A stretch of 64,000 nucleotides of DNA from Entomortierella parvispora E1425 (GCA_020891255.1 BQFW01000012.1:868001-932000); one strand, 5' to 3'. Shown: positions 35,945 through 46,984, counted from the first letter of the stretch. The notes: a model not told the origin generated them from the sequence alone. Numbers and translations are program-made.

Positions 35945-36308
35945 CTTTATAGCCCTGGCTCCCTGCAGGGGAAGGGGTGAAAATCGGAGCAATGACCACA
36001 CCCAGGGCTACTCTGTATGCGTGTACCTTCTTGGCTATGGCCGCCAGGGTACACCCCTGGATCTCTTCCAGTGGCGGCGTGCGCTGCTGGGTTGCAAACA
36101 TGGGCGCACTGCTGATTCGTGGCCGTGTACCCTACTGGTCACAACGCCCATCTTGCATCCCAGGGTTGCGTACCTTTCCCCTCCCTCTTCGTGTGTTCAG
36201 CGAGAATCAAGTTACACAACATCCGAAGAAAGGAAAGATTAGTGACAGCGCGCCGGGGAAACATCCAACCGTGGGCGATTGGCAATTCCCGGGCGATTGG
36301 CAATTCCC
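35945..36308. promoter_or_regulatory. ZIP B promoter: TATA box plus repeated candidate zinc-response motifs and an 18-bp tandem repeat
   Basis: TATAAAG on the minus strand at 35951-35945. ARGGTACAC at 36021-36029, 36046-36054 and 36125-36133. GGGCGATTGGCAATTCCC twice at 36273-36308. Confidence 0.55.
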
Positions 36309-37686
36309 AGGAAATTGGTAGGAAGATCACATAGCACATCAGTGATCCGGCATGGTAGTCTATTGTATCCCTTTTCTTTCTCACACACCCCATGGTCAGG
36401 TTCCCCAATTCAAAGTAGATCCTCTCTCCACTTTCAATCTCTTACCTGGGGCGTGTCACCATCTCTTTTCTTTTTCCACGAAGTCTTCCCAGTTTGGTCA
36501 CAACGCTCCGTGCCGTGCCCCAGGTGATACCTTTCGGAAAAAGTTTTATTCAGAGAACGACCATCTCCAAGGCCCACATGCAATCAGACATCTGCTTCAA
36601 AAGCAGCTCTAGGCCCTCGTTTTCTTGACTTTGATCGAGTTTGGATTGTATGTAGAATCACATAAACAACGGCGCTCTCGCCATGCAAAATCGCGCTCTT
36701 TTCCCTTCCTCTCTTTGGAGATCAAGCTCAACGCCATTTCTTTCAATTGCGCCTGCACTAGCACAGAAACCACAGAATGCAACTGGCTCGCCGGACTTTT
36801 ACTCTCCAAATCTCATCTTGGGACATGTGTGACACCAATCTCCTCCGGCACAACTATGGTCAGTCTTTGGCCACGTGCGAGTACCATTATGACAAAAGGT
36901 ACAGCAACACAAATCTCCGCGTACATGCATGCCCACTGCAGATGATTGTTGACCGATCTCTCCGAAAAAAAATGCATTTTAAAGGGTCCACACCTTGTGT
37001 AATTCATAACTCTGGAACTGCATCGACCCCCCCCCCCCCATCTTAATTTCTGTTCCAAAGAGAGAGAGAGAGAGATAGATGCTGCTAGTAAAACTCGGTA
37101 GTTTCGCTAATTTGAACAACTACACGCGACAAGAGGATGTCCCCAGAGCAGAATGAATCCTGGGGTGGCCGGTAACATCCATTGCATCAATTGACTGTCG
37201 ATTTCTCATCTCGCCTCCTTCCGCGGGGAGTACACCCCAATATTCTCTTTCAGTATTAATCACATTTATTTTTGTCATTGGTGGCCGAACTAAAGAAATT
37301 TCATCCACCTGTAATTTTTGCTTGTCTGATGAACATGTCCTTCATAAAAAGAAACATTTTCTCTCTGAGATTTTTTTTCGTATTTTTTATTATTTTTTTT
37401 TCATGTTTGTGTGTTTGTTTGTTTGATAATGAGAGGAGCTCGCAATAGCCAAGATAGCAAGTTTAGGTACAGTTTTAATACATCAATATGTAGTACATGC
37501 TTGTAATGTCGCACTTTTGTACCCCCATCTGGTAGATGAATCACCATAGGCGAAATAAGATGCAGGATATCACTGCTCTTTTAATATGGGTCTGACCCGA
37601 GGGGGTTCGGCGCTTCGGCCACCAGCGAGGTAGCGGGCGCAGTAGCTGGGACAAACCTGGCTTGGAGTAATCGCGGCCTTGATCTT

Positions 37687-37830
37687 TTACACACCTTCGG
37701 GACATTGGCAATGGTCCGGGTAGGCTTCACAAGAATTGGAACAACGAATGGGCGAAGGACGAGCTAGCGCCAAAGAAATGATGACAGACATTGCTAAAAG
37801 GATCATAACTGATGGGGAGTTGAATTTCAT
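37687..37830 (-). CDS. Small secreted cysteine-rich peptide precursor (47 aa)
   Basis: MKFNSPSVMILLAMSVIISLALA signal-like segment followed by RPSPIRCSNSCEAYPDHCQCPEGV. Good ACC-ATG context, CA-rich leader, TATAAAAG at 37931-37924. Confidence 0.75.
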   Translation of the reverse strand: MKFNSPSVMILLAMSVIISLALARPSPIRCSNSCEAYPDHCQCPEGV

Positions 37831-38730
37831 GGTAGAGTATGGCGTTGATACGGGTGTTGTATTGTGTTGAAATGTAAGGATGAGGTATGTAAAACAAAGA
37901 GAACAAGACGTTTGGCGCAGCAACTTTTATATTCTTGTAGCTTCAGTGAAAAATAGAAAGTGCTCGCTACACGCACGCTTGCATGATGGCAACCTGTGTC
38001 CTGAGTACAGCTCACTCGCTCACGCCACTGCGATAGCCTCCCTTAGCGAAGGCTTTGAAAACAAACACGCCGATCGTGGACTCTTGATCATGCTTCACCC
38101 GAGGCCTGCCTTGCAGCTGAGAACGCCCAAATGCCTCGTCCTTTCTTTCTGTTATTGGCGGCCTAGAACTCGTAGGCTATAGCCATGCCAAGCACATGGT
38201 AACAAACTATCTCTTGGGTATGATTGGGCAAGGCGTTGGCTATCCTACTCCTTCTCAAAACGTGCAAGACAAGAGACTGGTTGGAGTTGAAGTATTGAAT
38301 CATGGCCTGCGATCGAGTCTGTTCTCGCCTGCGTATATTTCGATAAGTGATCAATTAGTTGCTGCATGATCAATTAGCTGCTGCATCTGTACAGTACATG
38401 CACAATCCACAAGTCCAAAGGCCGCAAGTCTGCAGTAAATAAATACCTCCCACGGTCAAACCTATGTTTGACCGCGTCTGTGCTATTATGAAAGCCCAAT
38501 TCATAGTGAGCAGGTCGAGTCCTCCAAAAACAAAACAAAACAAAAAAGGTCGCTTTTCTTGTTTTTCGATTTGGACAAGTGAACATCTCCTATCGGCCGC
38601 TTTCGACTGCATCTCGTTTTGTTCTGTAGTTGTAGGTAGAGCAGATGAAGGGATCTAACATGAGGTTTTTATTTTACAATTTTTGGTATGGTGGCCGTCT
38701 TTGTTGTCCAGTATCTCTCTTCCTTGGAGT

Positions 38731-39681
38731 TTAAAGGCGGGAGGCAGGGGCAACACCGCGGGCGACGGTGGCGGTGATCAATCCGGAGGGATCGGCGACG
38801 GGCTGGTAGACATCGGCATGCTCGTTCAAGTTCTTGGTGCCGCGGAAGTAGGAGAGGTCCACGGGGAAGAAGTGACGGTTGGGGAGAGCATACGAGACGC
38901 GGTTCAACCACTTCCAGTTCTGGACAGACTGAGCAGCCATCTTGTAGAGGGTGGCCTGGACAGAGGCGGACTCATCCTCGGCAAAGGTCTTGCAGGTGAC
39001 CTCACGGACGCTGTCGTAGATCTCGTTGAAGGGGACCTGGCTCAAAGTGGGCAAGACCTGCTCGGTGGATGTGATGGCAGGGATGTTGAACTCCCACTGA
39101 GAGTCCACGCAAGTAGAGAAGATGCGGTCCTTGGCCTCGGGCAAGGTGGTGTACTCGTCACGGACAAAGTTCTCGAAGGCCGATCCAGTGCTCTTCAAGA
39201 CCAACAAACCGGCGATGGCAGACTTGATCTCGACGGAGCGGCGGGTACCGTTCTGGCCACGCTTGATGAACAAGTCAGTCTGGCGGGTCTCCTCACCATC
39301 TCTCCAGAAAGAGTGGTTGTGGGGCTTGCCATCGATGATCATGCGAGCCCAACGGTGACGGATGATCGAGACATGAGCACCCTCAACCCAGGCGTAGGTG
39401 TTCAAGAAATGGTTGCCGAGCTCAGCAGCGAAGAGCTCCAAGGTATCGACGACCTTGGAGTACTTGGCGAGGATGTAGCAGGTGTTCTTCATAGAGTCGG
39501 TGGCAACGACAGCCTTGTTGGAGGCCTCAGTGTAGGAGGTGGTGAAGGAAGGTCCAGAAAGGAGAACACGGATGGTCAAGTCATCGACACGGTGGACTTT
39601 GGTGTCCTTGTGAACCTTAAGAAGGCGGACGCGATCCTTTCCGTACTCCTGCTTGTCGAGATAAACGTTGACGTTGGCCAT
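38731..39681 (-). CDS. UOX: Uricase (urate oxidase), peroxisomal
   Basis: YGKDRVR, VVATDSMKNT, VLKSTGSAFENF, SASVQATLY and LPNRHFF. C-terminal SRL is a PTS1. Intronless. TATA-like TATAAAAG near 39776-39783. Confidence 0.97.
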   Translation of the reverse strand: MANVNVYLDKQEYGKDRVRLLKVHKDTKVHRVDDLTIRVLLSGPSFTTSYTEASNKAVVATDSMKNTCYILAKYSKVVDTLELFAAELGNHFLNTYAWVEGAHVSIIRHRWARMIIDGKPHNHSFWRDGEETRQTDLFIKRGQNGTRRSVEIKSAIAGLLVLKSTGSAFENFVRDEYTTLPEAKDRIFSTCVDSQWEFNIPAITSTEQVLPTLSQVPFNEIYDSVREVTCKTFAEDESASVQATLYKMAAQSVQNWKWLNRVSYALPNRHFFPVDLSYFRGTKNLNEHADVYQPVADPSGLITATVARGVAPASRL

Positions 39682-40436
39682 TGCGGATGTGCTGGTTGGT
39701 GGTGAGAGGGTGAAGAGAGGTTGTTGGTTGGGTATAATAGAACAAAGAAGACAGAGTGAAGGATGGAGAATGTCCTTTTATACCAGCCCAAAAAGTGGGT
39801 TCACCGGAGCGCGGGGACGTCGGGCGGCGGACAACGGAGAGCGGAAACGGACGGATTGTTTCGTAAGATTCGGAACAGCCTGCTGGACCCACTTTTTTTG
39901 TCGAATGTGGGGTAGTTGTTTCTTCCGAATGTGCTGTGCGCGCCTGGCCAGCGATCAGGACCACCATGCCCTCTGTCGGCCCTCCTCCACCTTTGCCTTG
40001 TACGACCTTCCATCCACCGCATCCACCCTTCGCTGCCGATCTATTTCCTCTTGTCTTTCAGTGTCGCCCCTCGCCCTGCTTCCTGAAATTTTTCTCCCAC
40101 TTACCACCAAACGTTAATTAATCTACCGTCGAGATCACACAATTGCGCTCTCCCTCTTGCTTCTCCTCATCCTCCAATTGACCTCTCTTTTCATCTGCAA
40201 CAAGGCGCAACTCTCCAGAAATGCGGGGAACCCCTTCTGAGTAGATCTTCCCACAGCTCTACCCACCTCCAGCCCTCCCTCATTTCACGCCATAGTTGAG
40301 GTTCTCCAGTAACTGGCAACCACGTGAGCTCCACTTTTTTTTGTATTATTCGTTTGCGCAAGTGAACACTGGGTATCGGACACAACTGCTCCAGAAGTTT
40401 CTGTACAATTGCGCCTGTCTGTCTTTTTTCTTATTT

Positions 40437-41019
40437 CTACAGCGATTTCTTGTCGCCGATCACAGCCGGGTTCTCGCCTTCCTCAAGGTTGATTTGCTTC
40501 AGAAACCGGTGAACCATCGGTACTCCGTAGCCAAACCCTACCACCACTGCCAACGCGATCGCTGCTGCCAGTTTTAAGGCCTGGTATGGTATGTGGAAGT
40601 AGAGTCGTTCCAGCACCAGGTTGTACGGGATTGCGCGGGTTTCTGGACCCTCTACGGGCGTACTGTCCTTGTCTTGGCTTTGATTCTGCGTTGCCGTAGG
40701 GGGTGGGGATGACAGATAAGAAACTCCAGTATATGTGGCCTTAACTCTAGCAAACATAGTGTTCTACAGAAGAGGGTTGGATCAGAATCGTTCACATCAT
40801 TGCAACCTCAACAGACACATCCATCCTCCCCTCTTTCCCTCGCTTCCGTTATATATTACCTTTGAAAAGTGGTCTGAGAGTTGAATTGACTTTGGAACAT
40901 GATGTTGCGCCTCATCCATCGTCCAGACTTTCATGTCGAAATCCGCCGGAGACTAGTTTTGGTTGTGGTTTTCATTTTGTATTGTTTAGTTATTTTGTCT
41001 CATTGTTACTCTACCCCAC

Positions 41020-41063
<44 letters not shown>

Positions 41064-41812
41064 AAAGAAAAGGAAACGAAAGAGACTTCTTCCTCGTTAT
41101 CAAAGTTCTTTTTTGTTTTTTCTTACCGTAGCAGGGTACGAGATCCTCAACTCGAAAGAAGCGCCTTCTTCCAAGTCTTTCAAAACATACCATTGGAACT
41201 CTCGGTTCTCCAAATCCGGTTCCTGAAGGACAGCCGAAAGCTCGCCAGAAAACAAAACTTTGCCGCTAACCTGTCCTTGTTCTTCCTGTTGTTTCCGTCG
41301 CCTCGCCGAGACAATGGTCGCATCATTGGCGTAAAAAGATGGGCGTACCTTTTCAGAAGCATGAATCGTATGTGGCGAGGTCAATTGCTTCCTAGAGGAG
41401 GGTGCGCGCAATAAAAACACATGTCCTTCGTTAAAGACTGTCTGTGCAAATAAAAACAGTACTCTTCAAGGTGCTCGACATTGATGGTTCAAATGGGGGC
41501 TCGATCGTCTCCAATGCCCTTCCTTTGTTTGATTACGGTAGTTTTTCGTCTTTACCATGATTTTGGGTCTGCCAAAGCCAGAGACTCGATTCTGGTCGAG
41601 GGAGATGATGATGGAGGTTGACCATGTGACGACGCGTCCTCTTCAAGTCCAACTCCCACTGCCAAGTCATCCGTCTTTAAGGAATGCTGCACAGTAAAGA
41701 CAACCTTTTCAGTGTTGGCCTGGGCTGCTGACGGTGCGAAGACCAGAAGCAAAACCAGAGTAACAACTAGCGTAAAGGCATGCATCCAGTATGAAGGTGC
41801 TCTGTATTGCAT
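40437..41812 (-). CDS. Pga1-like GPI mannosyltransferase II co-activator; exons about 41812-41556, 41391-41127 (possible 63-nt in-frame intron), 40952-40860, 40763-40437
   Basis: Signal peptide then ANTEKVVF. WYVLKDL...FELRISYPAT-SPADF, YNLVLERL and a C-terminal TM match my recollection of the fungal Pga1 family pattern. Confidence 0.62.
41021..41061 (+). repeat. 41-nt poly(A) tract (poly-T on the coding strand) in an intron of the Pga1-like gene
   Basis: Direct reading of the sequence. Confidence 0.95.
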
Positions 41813-42211
41813 GGGCCCAATTCTTTTTGACTGTTCTGTATTAACGTCCTCGAATGTAGATGCGGTCTACAAGTCCGTGTTGTAAATTCCTGAGATTGAG
41901 CGAAAGCCTGTCCGCGGTTCAAGAGCTGGTGTCGTTGATGTGTCATCCATGCCAATGCCAAGTTACCCTTCACTTGACACGTGACTCAAAGAAGATGCGG
42001 GATGTACTTATTTGTCCAGGATATCCACAGTCACTTTTTGAAAATATTGAGCACTTGTGAATCATACTCCTGACCAACAGCGAAGCCCGAAGATGCGCCA
42101 CCAACCAACAAACCTTTTTTTGGTATATTGGTATCAAAGGCTATACTGCTACAGCAAGTGGCAAAGGGCCGGGTTGGGATCTCGCTCAGCCAGACACTGG
42201 TCAATCTCTAG

Positions 42212-44326
42212 TCATAACTCTCCTCGATTCCATTTGCGCTTATTGATTTGGATAAGGGCCAGCCGACTGTGCGCTGCAAAGACCTCTACGACGATGGCTG
42301 CGAGAGTGTCCTCCTCTTTGTCAACCCAGGAGAGCTCGAGAGTGATAGATTCGAGCACACTTGTCAGCTTTGATTCTGCAGTTGGGGTAATCAGGGCCTC
42401 ATAAAGCTCCTTTTTTTTGACAGGTCAAAGTAGTATCATCAGTATCATGACTTGAGATGTCCGCGGCAAAAAATAAATAAATAAATCATCATCATCATCA
42501 TACAGGACACTACATACCTTATTTGAGCACCTGAATACTGAAAGTCTCAGGACTTCAAGCGTCATGGGCCACCGCTTCATAACTGCTTTCAGAGTGCCAA
42601 CCGAGACTCGATGCTCTATCAAGGTCAGCTTCCTCATTCCATTAATCGAATGGGCTGCAGGTACCAACCCTGGCCATACTCCCTTCTCCAACAACCCCCA
42701 GAGAATCCTATCCCCCGTGGACACTCGCAACTCCTTTGCCGAGGCCACTTCGAAATGATGGGCGCAATCGGAACAGAGAAGCTCAGACACGACCTCTGGT
42801 GTGGGTTTTGTCGTCGTTCTCCAACAAGATTTCCTGTCCACCACCAATTCTTCCAGTTTTGGTCCACATACTCTCAAAAGTCCTTGGAGAGTTAAGAAGC
42901 AGCCGTAAAAAGAGTCCAAAATCTCGATTGTCTTCAGCGGGGTCTTATTGGACATATAGCCCAAGCCTGTCAGGCATTTGTCTGATAACCAAGTCAACCC
43001 TTGCACTCGAACGCGTTCGAGATGTGGGCTGGATTTGGCAAAGTCCAAGAGGGCCAGATCCATTCTCGAGTCTGTTTCACTTGCTGGATCCTCGCTCTCA
43101 AGTCCATCTCCTGTAGGGTCTGGACCGTGAAGGAGGTGATTCAAAGCGACACCTTTGGTCGACATCCTGATGTTTGACTCGCAATTGGAGCAAGGCTGCC
43201 ATCCGAAAGATCCATCGCCTGCTGCATCATATCCTAGAGGGCGTAACCAACCCCTCGGGCCCTCCTCAGGAAAGAGACCGTGGTTATCTTCGAGACGGAA
43301 TGTCCAAGGTTTGTTCCGAATCTCGAGCGATTGAAGAGTCGGACCGCAGGAATATGCAAACTCTGAAAGTATAGGTCTACTCATTTCTTGACAGAATTTA
43401 ACTGAGAGGGATTGAATGCCGCCAATGTGGCCAGAACCTCCGTCTTCAGTCCGATTTGCAGGATCTACAAGTCGAGCCAGCTCAATGAACGTTTCGCGTC
43501 GAATGGGCGGCTTTGTAAGAGATATTTCTGTCAGGTAAGGGAGCTGGGTCTGCAGAATATCCTGCAGTGGAGTACCCAGATGCCACTGAAAGTTGAATCG
43601 ACGTAGCCTCATCCCAGGGACCTCAAGTAGAACGTAGTGTGTAACTGCTGTGAATGCTTCTGAGACGTTCAAGTACATCACCACTGGTCCGGGTCTTGGA
43701 CGCAAACGTTTCGGTCGCCGAACAAGAACTGGTTTTGAAGTTGGCGTCGAAGGTCTAGAAAATGTCGAGCTAGACGATGGAGCAGGTGAGGCACTGGGCG
43801 AGAATGAGGTGCTTTCGAGTGATGGTGAAGGTGAGGGTGAGGGTGAGGGTGAGTCAGGCAGCTGCAATGCCGGAACTGCCCATAAGAGCTGTTGAAGATC
43901 CCACAGCTTGATGAGGTCGGGCTTTGTTGGAGCAGCCTGTCCAACAATCTGACATGGCTTCTTGATCAAACTGCGATAGTCGATTCCCAGGGCCCGAGAA
44001 TGGTCTCCTGTCAAGGAACAGGAGGAAGAAGATGGATCCCAGAATGGTTTTTGATCCTGTTGCAGACTGTCCTGCAGTCGCAAGGTGTTCAGAAAAGAGT
44101 CAAGAGTCTTGAGCTTCAAAACTGGTTCCTCGTAGAGGAGGATAAGAGCGAGTCTAGCCCAGTCCTTGCAGAGAGTCAGGATGGGCAACAGTCTAGATGG
44201 CCTGTCAGTGTAGTCAAAAAAAGATAGAACATGAAGGATAACCTCAGGGGCCAGTCTATAGACTGCTGGGACGATGTCCTGCCTGCCCTGACTGTCCTTG
44301 CTGTCGTCTTGGTTAATGTCGGGCAT
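42212..44326 (-). CDS. F-box / LRR-like protein; exons 44326-42518 and 42409-42212
   Basis: N-terminal F-box-like YRLAPEVILHVLSFF...LTLCKDWARLALILLYEEP followed by degenerate LxxLxL repeats. GTATGT..AAG intron. Confidence 0.8.
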
Positions 44327-44616
44327 GGAGCAATGGAGCGAAGAGAGATGTGGAAGTGGGGAGTACATATGACTCTTTCGTGCAAAGAACTGTGACTGCT
44401 TAAGGTGGGAGCAAGAAGCATATGTCGAAGCACATACCACTCCTCCTTAGATATGCAGCTATGGTATGGGAAAGATTTTATTTTTTGTGCTATGGTACAA
44501 TATTATGGTACAGGATGAAGATGGAAAACACAAGCGAGAAGGATAGGGAATATACAATGCCAAGCAAACGAGGACAATAAAGCAAGAAAAGGGAGCAAAA
44601 ATGAATGAAAGAAAGC

Positions 44617-46884
44617 TTAAGCCAGGGTGGTAGGATAGTACATGTGGAGAGTGTTGACCGAGGACGAGAGTGCTCTACTCTGGGCTACTACCCGCTTCGC
44701 CGCTTGCGTTGTGATAGCATACAGCGAGATACTGTCCAAAGGTCCCCAAAGTCGAGGGTCAACCTCAAACCTACGACCGTGATCGCCTCCATAGCCAGAT
44801 GCCATGCCTACATGTTGTCCAGAGGACAGGTCGTAGTACGAGGGAGGTGTCACTGGGTGATCAAAAGACTGGGATTGTGGTCGAGTTTCATCCCGGATCG
44901 TCTGAAATCCTGGGTACGATCCAGAGAGATGGGAGGAAGGGCGGTAGATAGTCTCCTGCGGCACTTGGCTGTCCAGAGGATGCACCTTTCCTGCTTTAGA
45001 AACTGAACTGGCGCCATTGAGCTGTGAGGGGAGACTTGCGAACTCGGGTGCCATTTCCATGTAGTAACCTCCCGAGGCTGTTCGTTGATGACGCCGAGGT
45101 TGATTAAGAAATTGCTGAGACTGGACTGGCGAGCGACCTCCCCGAAACATATCCAGATCGGAACCATGGCCCATCAATGTGATAGCGGACGAAGAGGATG
45201 AAAAACGTTTGTGCGCCCGAGCTCCGGCAGAAGGTCGAGAGGTGTTTGGTAACAAGATTCCAGTTCCAAATGCAGGCGAATGATCGACTGTGTCTTCGAA
45301 TGCAATGTTGGCCGGCCGCTTGCGATGCATGGGTGCAGCTGGGTTTTGCTGACATGAGAACGACCCAGGTGTGACAGGCGACTGGGAGTAGGGTGTCAGC
45401 GGGGCTCCAGGTCCATAAAAGGGCTGATACTGCTGAGAGGGAAGAGCATCAATTGAATTTGCTGGGGTGTGGGTCGGATGGTAGAAAGATGGGGCTGAGC
45501 AAGCAGGCACTCGCTGGAACTGTCCACCCGAGACGGTCCTGTTCTGGTTCAGTTTCACAGAATCGATGTAGTTTGAAATGGACGCCATCGAAAGTGGCAT
45601 CGGAGCTGCTGGCTGAGCGTGGCTTCCTGTGCTGTGCATTACTGATCCTGCCGATCCTGACGAAACAACTCCCGATGGACCCACTTCAAAATAACTGCCT
45701 TGACATCCGATGCTCAGGTCCGCAGGAGCTGTATCCACAGGGGAGATAGGCGATCGGGCAGCGGTGGTCTGCTGTTGGTGAGCCACTTGATGCTGGGATG
45801 GCATGTATTGGCCCGTAAACTGGGTCAGACTGGCCAGCCACTCCGAGTATTCGCTTGGACTGGTGAAAAGTCTAAAATCGATCCCACTGAGAAACTGCAT
45901 CTCGAGGTGGTTAACATCCTTGATTTTCATGCCAGTGATATCTGCCCAAGTCTTGTTTGTAAAAGTGTTGTCGTCCAGGAATTTGTTGGCGAGAATCAAT
46001 GCTCCGGTAAAAAATCGGTACTCTGCACCATCGCCAGTGTTTACAATCTTGTTGGAGCTCTTGAGGTTAAGCATCAACTTGCGGATATACTTCAGGGATA
46101 ACAAGATAACGCTGGGCGACAGCAAGGTCGCGCTGAGGACATCGAGACAAAACTTGCGAAACATTGGTTTGGGCTGAACAATATCCGATTCTGAGATGAC
46201 TCTGCGATGGGTTGGGCGGCTTGAGAGCTTTTGATGCTGGTCTTGACACTGCTGAGGCCAGGTAGGATAGGTATAAGTAGATGAAACAGAGGAGCCAGAG
46301 GTCTTAGGGCTGATGGCGCAAAAGGACCCGCAAGGGCAACTTGCGCCCAGCGCTGCGGGTGAGGAAGGCATTGATGCGGGCGAAGCAACCATGCCAGAAT
46401 GATGTGGGCTCTTGGGCTGATGGCCGTAGAGGAGGTAACACACCATGTGGGCGGCAAATTCGGCTAGCTCCGATACTGACTGCAGTTGTTGAGTCTTTGA
46501 CGATGGGGTTGGATTGGACAACAGCGGGTAAGATGCATCAGGAGCGGCGGCGGCTCCCTGGGCCGTAACAATACTCGTATCAATGGCCAGCGGAGGTGGA
46601 GGGAGGAGAGATACAGATCCAGATGTTGTACAAGCCTGCTGCAAATGCTGTTGCTGTTGTTGGCTGGTTGTTGGGGTTGGCAGATACGAGTGCTGGTACG
46701 GTTGTATTGACGCTTTTGTGTCTGCGGGAGGGAAAAATGGTGGCGTATGCTGGGGATATATTGGCACGCCCGAGGTGGATGTGGTTGGGAGCGGGAGAGG
46801 CAGAGGTAATGGCAGGAGAGCTGTGGAGGAATACATGTGTTGGTGCTGCTGCTGCTGCTGCTGCTGTTGTTGGAGGGAGAACAT
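44617..46884 (-). CDS. Pho85-type cyclin (Clg1/PCL-like) with poly-Q low-complexity flanks
   Basis: Cyclin box FRKFCLDVLSATLLSPSVILLSLKYI...FTGALILANKFLDDNTFTNKTWADITGMKIKDVNHLEMQFLSGIDFRL. Confidence 0.92.
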   Translation of the reverse strand: MFSLQQQQQQQQQHQHMYSSTALLPLPLPLPLPTTSTSGVPIYPQHTPPFFPPADTKASIQPYQHSYLPTPTTSQQQQQHLQQACTTSGSVSLLPPPPLAIDTSIVTAQGAAAAPDASYPLLSNPTPSSKTQQLQSVSELAEFAAHMVCYLLYGHQPKSPHHSGMVASPASMPSSPAALGASCPCGSFCAISPKTSGSSVSSTYTYPTWPQQCQDQHQKLSSRPTHRRVISESDIVQPKPMFRKFCLDVLSATLLSPSVILLSLKYIRKLMLNLKSSNKIVNTGDGAEYRFFTGALILANKFLDDNTFTNKTWADITGMKIKDVNHLEMQFLSGIDFRLFTSPSEYSEWLASLTQFTGQYMPSQHQVAHQQQTTAARSPISPVDTAPADLSIGCQGSYFEVGPSGVVSSGSAGSVMHSTGSHAQPAAPMPLSMASISNYIDSVKLNQNRTVSGGQFQRVPACSAPSFYHPTHTPANSIDALPSQQYQPFYGPGAPLTPYSQSPVTPGSFSCQQNPAAPMHRKRPANIAFEDTVDHSPAFGTGILLPNTSRPSAGARAHKRFSSSSSAITLMGHGSDLDMFRGGRSPVQSQQFLNQPRRHQRTASGGYYMEMAPEFASLPSQLNGASSVSKAGKVHPLDSQVPQETIYRPSSHLSGSYPGFQTIRDETRPQSQSFDHPVTPPSYYDLSSGQHVGMASGYGGDHGRRFEVDPRLWGPLDSISLYAITTQAAKRVVAQSRALSSSVNTLHMYYPTTLA

Positions 46885-46984
46885 CTTGGAGGAAGGGCAA
46901 AGGGCGAGAAAAGGAACGTTGGTCCAAGAACAGTGGGAGCAAGGAGGGCTACTCCAAGCGTGAGTTTTTTGAGGAGAGAGAAGT

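Noticed and set aside
32114-36048. PacC-type GCCARG hexamers near ZIP promoters
   Set aside because: About one per kb is expected by chance, so it is not informative alone.
37326-37355. CTGATGA...GAAA hammerhead-like core
   Set aside because: Intervening sequence does not form stem II and no flanking stems were found.
37590-37680. GC-rich patch with GGTTCG resembling a tRNA T-arm
   Set aside because: No cloverleaf or acceptor stem could be built. Better explained as the degenerate second peptide module on the minus strand.
38348-38385. 19-nt tandem repeat TGATCAATTAGYTGCTGCA
   Set aside because: Only two copies with no spacers or associated genes. Not CRISPR-like or a transposon end.
24421-39681. 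Possible secondary-metabolite cluster (OPT, MFS, PCD, ZIPs, peptide, uricase)
   Set aside because: No core biosynthetic enzyme (NRPS, PKS, terpene synthase, DUF3328 or RiPP-modifying enzyme) is present. The FAS is the primary-metabolism type.
38683-39705. 340-aa ORF antisense to uricase
   Set aside because: Mirror frame of a highly biased gene, no independent start or motif evidence.
41021-41061. Long poly(A) as possible retrotransposon or retrocopy tail
   Set aside because: No upstream element body or target-site duplication seen. Homopolymer tracts are common in this window's introns and intergenic DNA.
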